Below are positions 1-13,500 of a stretch of DNA of 64,000 nucleotides, one piece after another. The notes under the pieces were generated by a model. That model was not told the DNA's origin and searched no databases. It saw nothing but the letters and a program-made list of their open reading frames with translations. This DNA is from Tubulanus polymorphus. Lineage: Eukaryota > Animalia > Nemertea. A program made the position numbers and the translations under genes. Each line of letters starts with the position of its first letter. Within the stretch, counting starts at the first letter, position 1. The stretch covers positions 11,243,947-11,307,946 of the forward strand of contig NC_134030.1 in NCBI RefSeq assembly GCF_964204645.1, in the 5' to 3' direction.

Positions 1-3000
1 ATGTAAACTGGACCTTCCGGAAATCCAGGCTTTATTAGACGTGAATGATATAATCGCATTCGAGGAAACCTGGAACGCTAAAGACACCGTATTTTCAGTA
101 CCCAGTGGATATACGTTTTTTTCAAAGTACGAGAATGAAAAATCCTCGCGCGCGTCGAAATTCTGGCGGATTGTTGCTACTTTTTAAATCCGAATTACGG
201 CAGGGTATTGAATTATTAGAAAATAACCATCCTGATATTTTATGGGTGAAATTATCAAAGAATTCTTTAATTTTGAAAGAGATATGTTTATTTGTTTAGT
301 GTATGTAGCTTGTGATAATCGTAGCACGGATGACTTCTTTCATGATCTGAGTTGTCAGATACTTGCTCATCAACTTGATGGCAATGTATTGGTGGCTGGT
401 GACATAAATGCACGGACCAATGTATACTCGGGTCTCCCTCCCGATCCGGATGCTATTAATATGCAATTCCTTGAGTTCGAACATGGGGTACGAAAATTAC
501 TTGAAGACCATGATATTGACACAACTAGATCATCTCAAGATAATACTGTTAGACCAGATATTAGAGGCATGAATATGATAAACATGTGCATAGGTTGTAA
601 TTTGTTAATACTAAACGGTAGGGCATTTCAGGATAAATCGGTTGGAAAGTTTACGTGTCATCAACCAGGTGGCAAAAGTGTGGTCGATTATGTATTAGCC
701 GATTTTAACATGATTGATATACTGTCTGACTTCCACGTGTCTGACGAATTACCTTTCTCTGACCACGCGATAATTTCTTTTAGTTTGCAGGCTAGGATTG
801 ATAAACACGATAATACCGCAAATACAAATTTTACGTCCCATAACAAAACTACTTGTCACAAATTCAAATGGCGTAAAGAAAGGGAAGTTGAATTTGCTCA
901 GTATATGCATTCAGACGATACCCAATCTTACCTCAACGATATTATAAACAATGCAATTAATAGAGAACATAATGAGTTTTCAATTAACGAATTGGTTAAC
1001 GATTTTTCAAAATTCTTCCAGACTGCGGTCGAAAAAGTTCATGGTTCATTTCAAAATTCGAGGAACATGAATAACAATAGGCCTATATCATGGTATGACG
1101 GCCCGTGCAGAAAAGCACGAAACGTGTTCAGCCGGGCAGTGCACCGACACAGATTATACCCGAATGATTTAAACCGATTTCTGGTCAAAGAAGCACGGGA
1201 TAAATACAAGTCCACTTTAAATAGTGCTGAAGCATTGTATGATGAACGTATGCTGGATGACCTGCTGAAAGCGCTAGATTCAAATAACCACAGAGATCTA
1301 TGGTCCAAATTTAAAGAGCACAATGAATACGTTGATACTCAACTAAGCACTGATAACTTATATGAGCATTTTAAAAGTATCTCGTATGAAGATCGCCCTC
1401 CACTGGATGTTGATATCGACGTATCTGATCACATACTTGATCAGCAAATCACATTGGAGGAGGTTAATAGAGCATTTAAAATGCCAAAAAGAAATAAATC
1501 TGCAGGAATAGATGGTATAAAAGGCGAGGTATTTATCGCTGGTGGCAACCCAATTGTTACTCAACTTACTATTCTTTTTAATATTATATTAGATAGTGGA
1601 CGCTATCCCGAATCATGGAGCACTGGCTATATTGTTCCACTACACAAGGGTGGTTCAAACAATTCAGCAAATAATTACAGGGGCATAACCATCTTGTCGG
1701 TATTTGGCAAACTCTTCTAAATAATTTTGAATACTAGATTAACTTCATGGTGTGAGGCATACTCTGTTCTATCGGAGGCGCAAGCTGGCTTTAGGCCAAC
1801 TTATAGTACAACGGACCAAATATTTGTATTGAATTCGGTTATAAATCACCTGTTAAACAAGAATTGCAAACTATACGCGGCCTTCATTGATTTTTCGAAG
1901 GCGTTTGATTTGGTTGACCGCTCGTTATTACTACAACAACTCTCTATGAGTGGGATCTCGGGTAAAATATTATGTATTATCAAATCTATGTATATGTCCA
2001 CAAAATCATGTGTAAGATATCAAAACCATTACTCTGATTATTTCATTTGTGACACAGGGGTCAAACAGGGTGAATGTCTATCACCTTTACTTTTTAGTCT
2101 CTTTATCAATGATATGGAAAGCTGTGTGAAATCCGGAAATTATGAGGGAATTGATATGGGAACTCTGAAACTATTATTACTCTTATATGCTGATGACACG
2201 GTAGTGCTGGCAGATTCTCCTGACTCTCTTCAAGTGGCGCTCGATAATGTTTATATCTATTGTGAAACCAAACATATTAAGATAAATTATGATAAAACAA
2301 AAATAGTTATATTTAGGAAATCTGCTAACACTCGGTTATATAAATGAACAATTAACGGTCGAGTACTTGAATGTGTGAGTCATTTCAAATACCTAGGCTT
2401 GGTATTTAATTTTAATGGAAAATTTACTCAAACTATAAACTCGCTAGCAAATAATGGAAAAGCAGCGTATTTCACATTTCGCAAATATCTTTTACGCTAC
2501 CCAAACATAACAACACGCTTAGCACTCAAGTTCTTTAACGCCATGGTTGTACCTGTCTTAAACTATGCAAAAATTGGTTTAATGCAATATCTACGTCTAA
2601 TAAAGCGTTATACTATCGGGACTATAAAATGACTATCATGTATGAGCCATATCTGGACATATCAAAATTTATTAGAACTACTATAGCAAGATTTAGGTGT
2701 TCAAGTCATGATTTAAAAGTGGAGACTAGTAGATGAACGAGACCCCCATTACCGTATGCTCACCGCACATGCTCCCGGTGTAATATTAATGCAGTTGAAG
2801 ACGAATATCATATCGTTTTGATATGTCCCTTTTATGATAACCTTAGGTTAGAATATATCAACTCGAGATACTGGAACAACCCAAATACAGCGAAATTTTC
2901 TATTCTAATGCGTAATAACAATGATTTTTCAAACCTTTCGAAATTCCTTAAGAAAGTTTATATACTCAGGCAACCTTAACTTATTATGTAATCCACATAC

Positions 3001-3115
3001 ATGTATCAATGTTTGTTCTATGTTATATTGTTTCCTGCCATTTATGCTTGTATATCGATTTTTGTCATAAAAGTTTATAACTTTGGCAATAAATACATTC
3101 ATGTTCCATTTCAAT
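1..3115 (+). mobile_element. Non-LTR retrotransposon (APE endonuclease + RT, RTEX/Proto2-like), 5' part outside window, disrupted
   Basis: APE motifs (DIIAFEETW, AGDINAR, SVVDY, SDH); RT motifs (NNYRGI, QAGFR, FIDFSKAFD, GVKQGECLSP, YADD). Stops at 1718-1720 and 2345-2347, apparent deletion near 2570. C-terminal ETSR..CxxC..EDEYH..C motif at ~2720-2830. AATAAA at 3088. Clade assignment is tentative. Confidence 0.93.
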
Positions 3116-5239
3116 CAAGTCGTCATATCCATGATTTCTATAACAGATCAGCAGCCATTGAGATATTTGATTATAGTCCTATCAAAAGTGGCGTAAATTT
3201 ATACAAGCGAATAATTTGATATTTCCAAAGGTTTTGTTACTCGTTTACATGGTAATGGTCGAAATTCCCCGGTAAAAATTCCTTAAGAAATCCCATTAAT
3301 TAAATAGGTTATGATTTGCTGCTGTTGGCCTGCTTTTTCGTTTGTATTGCAAAATTAACTGGAATCGTTTGAAATAGATTTCTGAAGATTTTCGATTTTT
3401 CCCCAAACGTTTGATACGTCAAGATTTCAGTAAAAAGGGCAATATTATCGTTTATATTAGCGACGCTTGCTGACAATAACAAGGCAATGAATTTTATCGG
3501 GTTAAACTTTGCATAGCTCATTATCTATAGAAAGTCAGTGATTAAATCCTAAGTAAATATTGCTCAATTAAAGAGGATTCATTAGTCGATGAACAATGTA
3601 CAAGCGTTGACAGGCCTACTAGGCACCCGTAAATCATAAATATATTTCACGGATTTCGCTGTGCAATGCGATAGATTATTGAAAATAGTAGAACTTTTAA
3701 TTTGAAATATCTTAAATAAAAGCTTGTGTAATATATTTCAACTTCCTTACTTCTTAGCGATATATTTGACCCGTGCGATAACTTTTAGCATTAATTTAAT
3801 ATTAATGAAGTATTTTAATCTTTGGGTGAACGGAAATAATGGCCAGGGGAAAAATTGCCGCTAAATTAATATTAGAATTTTCTCGTTTTCTAATAACTTT
3901 GAATTGACAAATTTAACTAGACATTGGTTTATGCTGAATATCACGAATAACGAAACATATATCTCATACAAACGTTGATTTTCTTTTTCATCTTTCTTTA
4001 CTTCAATAATAATCAATCGATAAGTGTGCTTCTAAGTCAACTAGTTCTCGAACCCATGGTATGTCAATCAAGACAGAATTTTTAAGTCGAGAAAAAGTAA
4101 GATGCATTCTATCAACTAATTTCAATGTAAAGACTATATAAGAATTCGTATATGAATCACTATAATTACTTAAGCATGCATGCCGCAGGCCACTCAATCT
4201 TAAGCTTGATTGGTGAGAGGTGTTTAAACATAACGGCAACATGAATTGAATTAAATGGTTGTGTCACAATGGGAGAAATCTTCCTTAGACAGAAGAATAG
4301 AATAGAAATTTCGAACTTTTATTAAGTTTTACAATAAAAAACATTCGAGTGTGAAGTCAATGTCTTTAGACATCTCCTCCCGATATACGGAGTTCTGGGC
4401 TTAGTAACGCATGTTTAACGCATGATATTTTTTAACATAATGTTTTTCTCTATGCAAATTCCAGACGTTTCTGGGTGCTTACATACAGCGACCAGTATGC
4501 TGGATTGTATTTTTTCTTATTTCAAAAATCTCCGTGCTAAAACTGAACTGAATTGAAACTGAGTTCGGTTTGGAGTAAAAACCTCATGAAAGAAATACGA
4601 CTTGAATTTCTTATATCACGCGTGACTTACACGCGAGTCTCCTAATTACACTAGTAATGAGGGAAAAAATCACACGAATTGAATGTATAATTGAATGATG
4701 ATCCATAATTATTTACACTTAACTTAAATGATTTGTATCGATCACTAAATAAAATTTCCATTTAGAGTATGCATTTATCAGATTAAGTCCATAGACTCTG
4801 TAACCTGTAAATTAGCTAAACTCATGCCGAATATAGCTATTTAGATATATCGCACCTGTCTTGTGGAAATGTATAACCAATCATTATATAGTCCCCTGTA
4901 AAATCACATAAAATAAACTTAATCTCTATATTATAAACGTGATTTAATTACGATTTGTTTATTCTATATTGAGAAGCGCAATCATTACTATCTGATTTCA
5001 ATTGATTGTCGACAAAGTTACAGCAATTTACTGTTAGAGAAAGAAAATACTAAATCTATTTAGTTTTCTGAAGTCATATGTATGCCTCATACCGTCTCAT
5101 GCCCCAACACACTGTGTATCGTATCACTCGAAATTTCCAAATCTACCTGGCTTTATTGGGTACTGTTTTCTAAAAAAAGCCCTAAATGAATGGGGTCTGA
5201 TCTTTCATTTTAAAAGTTCAGGTTATAGCATTTAGTGGT

Positions 5240-5697
5240 GGGAGGAATAGTCCTCCCTAAGACAATACTTTAAATATCAGGCCGAAAGGTAAAATTCTCT
5301 TCGTTTGACTTTTGGAGGAATTGTTTGAATGTCGGAACCCTTGGTCGAGTTTCCATCGATTGACTTTGGGAGGAATATTCCTCCCGAAGTCAATACTTTG
5401 AATATCAGACCTGAAGGTCAAATTCTCTTCGTTTGACCTTGGGAGGAATATCTGGTGAAACGCGCGACACGCTTACGTAATCTTTTCTGTAAATGTGAAG
5501 ACCTCGGGGGCATTATGTTCTCTAAAGTCTGACATTATCCCTCAATCGGGTCTGTTAATAGGTTAATTTTACGGCCGAGTCGACATGTTTCAACAACTTT
5601 TAACTGTTCATTTATGAACATTTGAGGACTTATGAACTAAGAATTACTTCAATTTTTGATACATTTTGAGAAAGTCACAAAACATTTGAGACTGCTC
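5240..5697. repeat. Dispersed repeat with internal ~120-bp tandem units; inverted copy at 18685-19207
   Basis: 5330-5440 and 5465-5695 are reverse complements of 19085-19207 and 18685-18915 (e.g. gactttgggaggaatattcctcccgaagtcaatac). Confidence 0.85.
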
Positions 5698-6267
5698 CCT
5701 GGAATGACATATAAAACAACTAAAACTATGAGTGACCAAGTTTATGCAAATTTGAGGCCAGTGCCGATTACTGACGAGATAAAGTTTATCGACTGCCATA
5801 GTTTTTAATAATTTCACGATATGATTGCCTTAAGGAGGCAGGCAAGCTTACATCTTCACTCAAGACAAATCGTTGTTAAGTGCGATATACACCGTAGCGC
5901 GCGTTAACTGTACACGCAGTGAACACGAGAGTAAGGCGATATTGTACACGCGACTGTAGGCCTACACGACTGTTTTCAACGCGAACACTCATCTCCGTGC
6001 CGTGATTTACAAACTAATACAAATAATCAGGCTCCAAAACGTTAATGCGAACGTCAATGAAATGACTTCGTGATGATAAAAATTATTTCAGTTGTGTAAA
6101 TATCAGACTCATCTTAAATAATTCGATGCTATCAGCTGATCAGTTTCATCAGTGAATCAGCCGGATGGCGAACACGGATGTAAATTTCCGCAATTTGAAA
6201 CCAGAATTTCGTCAGATATCATGATGCACGGGATTTCAAAACTAGCTGAATCATTGAACACATCGTA

Positions 6268-6385
6268 CACAATAAATTGTTAGATCATACGCCTTGAGTC
6301 TCAGTATTCGCGCTAGAAATGATATCGCACACAATAAATTGTCATATCATACGCCTTGAGTATTAGTATTCGCGCTAGAAATGAT
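6268..6385. repeat. ~59-bp tandem duplication
   Basis: cacaataaattgt..atcatacgccttgagt..agtattcgcgctagaaatgat occurs twice in tandem. Confidence 0.8.
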
Positions 6386-7528
6386 GAATATGAACCTCTT
6401 CAATTTTGCCGCCATTTTGTTTAGCGAAATAACGCGCACCTGCTGATCCACCTTATTAACATATTCAACGAATACTATGACGTCATGATGGAGTTCAAGC
6501 CGGGTCAACACAAATTATATATAACCGAGATTTTGGGGGTTTCGTCTTTGAAAGCCCATAACTACCGAACAAAGCGTCGGATCTTTACGGTTAAGTTCTT
6601 CCGACGCAAATAGCATTGAAATTTCACATGTGTTATTTTGGACAGTTAAAGATGCTGCATAAATAAACGTGCAAAAAATAAATCGAATTTTGACACTTTT
6701 TGGTTAATTTCTCAGAAAATATGAAACCCACGGCTTTTAACTGTTCGCACCATAAAGAAAAACAAATTACGAAATATATTTTTGCTTAATCCGTTCAGTT
6801 CGCCCATAAGTAGTAAAATTACAGGCTATTGAAACTGTTATGAGTGTGCTAAAATAGCTTTGAGCGTAGTGTATTAAGCAGACGAATGATTATAGATCGG
6901 CCAGACCGTTGACATAGGCTACATGCAGTAATGATTTCTGAATGCCCGGAAACCACTTTATAATACATTTTACTTGTAAAAGCTGGATATCTTAGCTTTA
7001 TAAGATAAATGATAGTGATAAGATATGATTAGATAAAAACCCACTTTATGGCCAAGAAATGATAACTTGTTTCTCATTTTCAAATTCCTGAAAATGACCT
7101 GGCAGGCAGGTGTTTTTTTATCTTCTTTTTTAAAGCATAAACTTTTAAAACATAAACTATTGACCAGGCATGCAACATTTTTATCTATATATATATTTGT
7201 TGAAAGAAAATTGAAAACATACCCTCTTTTTTTCCTTCATAATCTCCGTCGAAAATCTCATTCATGTATTTCACTAGAAAATAAGGATGTACCTTACGCT
7301 AGAAACTATTGGCATTACATCAAAATGCGTTTAACGAGTTTCGGTTGTTGTATAGGCCTAGTAAATGCATTTTGCACGAAATATCTTTTGATGGCAAATC
7401 GTTATTGAGCGGTATACGACACAGCGATAACACAATTACAGAGGGCAATTTGGGAATTCATGAAATAGACAACCTATCCCAGCCATGAGACGTACCTATT
7501 TCTGTCCAATCAATATCAACAAAAATAC

Positions 7529-7543
7529 CTTTCGACAGCATAT
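7529..7543 (-). CDS. Microexon, 15 nt, phase 1-1 (DMLSK)
   Basis: ctcttcattccag|atatgctgtcgaaag|gtattt. Confidence 0.5.
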
Positions 7544-10500
7544 CTGGAATGAAGAGAAAACTTCTAACTGGTAGAAACTTGTATTTTCAAGAAACCCTTC
7601 GTATTTTCTACTTTTTAATCACGTACTGTCATTGTTTCATTTATTCGTTTTATGTGTACCACTAAGATGTTACTCGTTCTTATTCTGCTAGCAGTTCGGC
7701 GACTTTAGTCGAAAGCGACTAAACTATCCGATTATAAATGTGTCTAAAATCGATCAATTAAATTATTTCTTTGGATCGACTTGAAAAACTTGTTGACGTA
7801 GTTTCCAACCATGTTGTGTAATGGAACGTCGATCGAAAGCTTCGGCACGTACGTTGACAGGTAGAAAACGATTTTTAATTGTTAAATGGTTTAACGATTT
7901 CAGGCACGTCTGCAGCTCTATCTATAACCGAGTCTCAAATCATCCAACCATTTCAAGACATAAAGCCCAACGCACGCGGCAAAACATTTGTTTCCCCGAA
8001 ACAGAAAACACGTTTTTAGTAAAACGTTTTGTCCGCAAACGATAAAACGTTCAACGCACAAGGAACGAAAAACGTTTTCGACTATACAAAATGTTTTTCG
8101 CAAATCAAGCAGTGCTTGTTTTGCGAAAAACGTTTTTTCCTCGCGAAAAACGATTTTCAGTTCGGCGTTTTGTGTTTTTCCTCCCCCGCACACGGCATAA
8201 CAAAAAACATCAAAAACGTTTTTTTTCACGAGGAAAAAACGTTTTTTTCGGTGCCGTGTGCGTTGGGCTTTAAATGCCTCGCAGGGCCTGATACGGCAGC
8301 TTTATACATAGGCTATACTAAATACGGACTGGATGGTTGTCATTAGACCACTTCCTGGTATAGATCATACCGATATTGATGTTCATAAATAGAAATAGGC
8401 GGCTAAATGATATGTACATGAAGGTCAGTTTTTTGACGTAGGCTGCCTGATTCACTTAGATAATGATTCGCCAATGATTCACCCGCTAGCCCTCTTTCAT
8501 TGGACCGCAACTTTTCGAATGAGATTCAATCAAATTTTGAGTTCAATTCAATATTTCACTACCCCGTGTGCTTTCTGTAATCCCTCCGGTCACAATATGT
8601 CAACTTAATGTACACATGGATTCACTTTCATGGAAATGATATGTTGTCCACACCATTTTCCAGTGGCACATTTGAAAAACTAATCATTACACCAGGAATT
8701 AAAGTACCTTTTTTTTCCTGGTCTGTTTTCCGTTTTTCAGTGTCGTTGAGATAAGGGAAATACGATGTAGGATTTGTTTCTAAAATGATAGATAGAATTT
8801 AGATTAAAGTTAACACGTGCAGTGATGAGTAGAATTGATGAAACACATAACGCAGTGAGAAGCACTATTAGCATTAGCATGAACCCCATTGTTTAGATAA
8901 ACGTTTAATCAAATAACAAGTCATCCAGCTAACACCCACTGATATCTTCATACAGATCGTTCTTCTTTGTCTCAACTGCATCATCTATATGAGAAAAAAC
9001 AAAACGTCCATTGATTATATGCAAACTAGCAGTACTTATAGCAATTCTTGAAATCTTATTAATGCGTGCACACCTACCTCCCATTTTGTGGGTCGCTACA
9101 AATAGATACAATAGAGATAGACGAGAACTCGAAATTTTAACATTTCATCAACGGAAAAATGCAATGGAACAATGTATGTAAGTTAGTGGAAATTTCATCT
9201 CCATGATATTTTACAAACAACTATTGCATCAAAACCCCAATATCAATATCATCAAAACATTGACTAAAATGTGTTCAAAATTGAAAAATGAATGTATTCA
9301 GTAGTAACTGCCCAAAATATTCACTAATTTTAGTCACTCAAATGAGTGTGATCTTTGATTTAAAACTGTTCTTATCTAGCAGTTATCAGAGAATGATACG
9401 TTTATTACCTTTGTATTGTGTGACTTTGTTTTCCCATAGATACTCTAAAGAAAGAAAAAGTTAGGTTAATTCCGATATACATGAACTACATTTCGCAACA
9501 TCGGGCTTGCTGATATATACTAGCGCATGCTCTTCTGCGTGGGACTTTAATACTAGCCTTAAGAAGTTGGTTGGCTAAATACAACGAACCTCTCACATAA
9601 TTAGTTCCAATTTTAACCACTAGGGGGCGTAAATTTTGAAAACTCATTCTAACATCCGTTTTTCGCATGTAATGCGGTCTGTTTATTATACAAATCACAA
9701 AACTTGGTATAAGTACATAGACATGTGTGTAATATGCCAAACTGCATGATTAGTTCATACAACTGCCACCAGGGGACCGTGAAAACAACGATTTTTGCAC
9801 CTAGGTCCTTAACCGTTGCCGATAGAATCGCGGTTGAAAAGTGTGGTTAGTAGCCCTGTACAAGACACAATGTATTGAGGTATAGTTTTAAGTAGGAAAC
9901 TCATATGGTTCTCCAGTAGCGCCACCTACAAGTTGCTGGAAATGCATTTTCATTGATATCTACTAAGCGGATAACAAGAGATGGGCGAGTAACGATTGCT
10001 CATCAACATTTTTGCGACCGAAACGAACCGAGCGCTTTGCCAGGCGCCTCCAGCTGGTGGCGCCGCCAATATCTCTTTGTTCTCAGCCAATGACTGTTGA
10101 GTACAAGTTCCTTTCTCTTCTGCATCCCGAGCATGAAAGGTTACGTTTTACCACCCACCATCCCCTTCCTTAGCACCTTTCGAATTGGTGGCATTTTCTG
10201 AGCCCACTTTGGCGTATTAACTCATTAATTAATTAGCTAGGGCGTTTGACTTCGTCTTAATATTACGTAACTCTGTATTATTCATCTCCATAACTAGGTC
10301 AAAACAGCCAGGGCGTTTTGGCCATAATTTTATGATTTTATGTTTATAATATCATTGTCTAAATATTAGTTAATAAGTTTGTAATGGTTTTTTTTTGTAT
10401 ACGTCAAAAACAGCTAGGGCGTTTTTGACATTTCTAATTTTTGTGTTTTGTATATAATAAACGCCAAGCAGCTAGGGCGCTTGGCCTTTTCATCCAAATA

Positions 10501-13500
10501 TGTCTTCGCGTCGTTTCTGTTGAAAAAAAAGGGATTTCTATGAAAATCAAAACTCGTGTACCTGGATATAAGATATAACGAACCCCTCACATAATTAGTT
10601 CCTATTCTAACCACGAGGGGGCGTAAATTTTGAAAACACATTTTAGCATCCGTTGTTCGCGTGTAATTCTGCCATTTTATTATATATATCACAAAACCTA
10701 GTGTGAGTACATATATACATAGGTATAGTATGCTAACCGGCTAAATTAGTTCATACAACGGCCACGAGGGAATAGTAAAACACCGTATCACCTATACTCT
10801 TGAAGTTATTTTCCCTAAACTTGGTACTTTGCATTTAGTAGCCATGGGTCAACATATCTATGATATGGGTTGACCCATGATACGGGCTGACCCCTTGGTA
10901 GCGCTTCACCACAAATAGCGGTACCTAATGAACTGATTTCAGTGACATCTTTTGCAATCTCCCTAGTACGACATTTAACCCAGCAAGGCAGAAACCCGTT
11001 ATCGCTGCTTTGCAGCTATACCTCTTTTTATATTCGTAGATTAAATGTTAAATGCTAGTCGAGTATTAGAAAGGCTATTTCCGATTGTAAAGAATTTGAG
11101 ATAGGCCAAACATACAGCTCCCAACTTTTGATCGAATAATTATGGATTAAACAAGTAACCTCGGGATAACCTGCAAGTTTTACTATGGTCATACGTTCTA
11201 CCTGTAATGCACTTACTTTCGGACAGGCCTCCTAATTCTTTCCGTACATGTCCACTCTGTTCTTTTGCTGTGAAATGATATTTTATAATTCTTTAAACCA
11301 ATCATACACAAATAACGCTTATCTTCGGCACAGTGGTTGAAAAATCCCTACCTTTTTCTGACAGTCTTTTTAAGTCTCGGCCATCTCGGGCATCTGTAAA
11401 CACACGGAATCGTCATCTTAGCAGCTATTGCTTATAATTGAAAGCTTGTAGAATTTCTACTGAATATAGGGCAATTGAACTAGCGGACACTTTTCAGGGT
11501 CTGATACATGTATATATTATAGGAAAAACATTTTATGTTTATTCATTCAAATAAGAATAAATCCCATCAGTTACTTTTGATTAATCCCATCTACTAATGG
11601 CAACCATCTCATCTCACTCTCAATTATCTCAACGGTTCAATCTTTGATTTTCGACGCTACCAAATAAGAGTTTAGTGTAAAGGATTTGCACTTACCTAGA
11701 TATTCGATTACATGCATTACGCCTTTATCACCTAAAAGGAATTTTAAAATTGATGATTACGCTTGCTACATTCGCAAACCCACTAAATACTAGCGGTCAA
11801 TTCGCCGTACTTATCACGGATATGTTCAAAGAGTGACTCATGAGTCTCCATCCTCCTCGTAAGGGATTCGAACCTGATGGTATCGAGACTCACCACGGTA
11901 TGAAACCCTGCCACACAAGACCGAGTGCGCAGCTACATTCGCAGCTTGGATGATGTCATTAGTAGCAAAATAGAAATCCCATTTTATTTTAGCCCGAGTT
12001 TTCCCATTCATACTTCTTCCGTTAAATTTGACTCGGCGAGGGATTATAGAACGAGAATCTGATTGGTGCCGCAAGTTTTCGCACGGTAAACCTGCGCATG
12101 TGCCTGCACACCCGGTCTAGTGTGCAGGGCTTCATGCCGTGAGTCCCGCGATACCATCATGTTCGAATCCCTTCAGGGGAATGACGTTTTCAACCATTTT
12201 GATAAGACTTGAAAATCCGCATTTTAGTTATGTTTAAGCATATACATATCGGGTAAGATATGCTAGTTTGACAACAAATACAATGCTTTCACCTACAATA
12301 TGACTTTTAATCAGGTCACGGAATAACGCGAAGTTTTAGTTATCTACGCTAGCAATTTTTGGAATTTTGATAAACATATATTTAGGTTTGACTGTATATC
12401 CAAGATCTGGTTTGATGCGTCAAATATTGTATTTCAAGGAGCACAATATAATTCCTGTAGTTTTGATTGATGGATGGATTTGACGGTTAAAACATGAAAT
12501 TCTGACGGGTAGATATGATTTTTCATTTTGACAGTTTATATTCTATGACATTCAAGATCAAGCCACTAATTAATACAAGGCGAGGTTTTCCAAAATTGAT
12601 ATAGGACAAAAGAAAAAGATCGACACTTAAAAGTCTATTCAAATTTATGTATGCCTATGTAAATCTAACAATGATTACCTGTAAGACGATCCTTAATCAG
12701 TTCACTGAGCAGCTTTCCTGTGGAAAATTAATTTATTTCTATGTCACTATAAGTCAGTATATCGATACATATATAATACAAAAATAAACAGAATAGGGGA
12801 AGAATTCGTGCAAAAATCTCATAGAAATTGCATTCTGACTCTTAAATTCATTCCAGGTCCCAGTTATAAACATGAATGCCTAACGAACCAACATCATGAA
12901 ATTAATCGTGTTGTAGTAACTAAACATTACGCCCAGTAAGTGCAGATTGTAAAATTATAGTTTTTTTCGCACTTACTCAAACAAGCATCGTCGCCAATCA
13001 GTCGAGTTCGTCCACCGATAGCTGGAATGACAATCTTAGCAATGAAATATTATAATAAGCAAGTGGTTAAGTATTCAGCTTGCAGATACGATGTTACTGC
13101 AATTACACTCACTCGTCCTAATCTATATTTTAGCCTAAAACATGCATTATTCCTAAAGAGTGGCCACATCAGAATCAATAAAAGCAAAGATATTGTCAAT
13201 TTAAATGTGATGCAAAGGATCGGATAGTCTTTTATCATTGAAATACTTAAATATAGTTCTATAAAAAGTCTGACTAGATTCGAAAAAGTTGTTTACGTGA
13301 CATTAATATCGTCATCGACCGGGCCCCTGTCAAATGGATCTCTGAGAAAAAAATTTGTTACCGAAATAAAATCAGATTAAGTCACATTTTTAGGATACAA
13401 GACATCCTTTTGGATGCGTATGTATGTTTTACCTAATAACGAGGAAGAACTCCTTAATACATCACGAATAAAAAAGTAGGGGTCCAGGGACACCATGCCC

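Noticed and set aside
8483-8574. Possible terminal exon (ESTRGSEILN*) or 12-nt microexon
   Set aside because: Acceptor is plausible, but the donor versus stop interpretation is ambiguous; not called.
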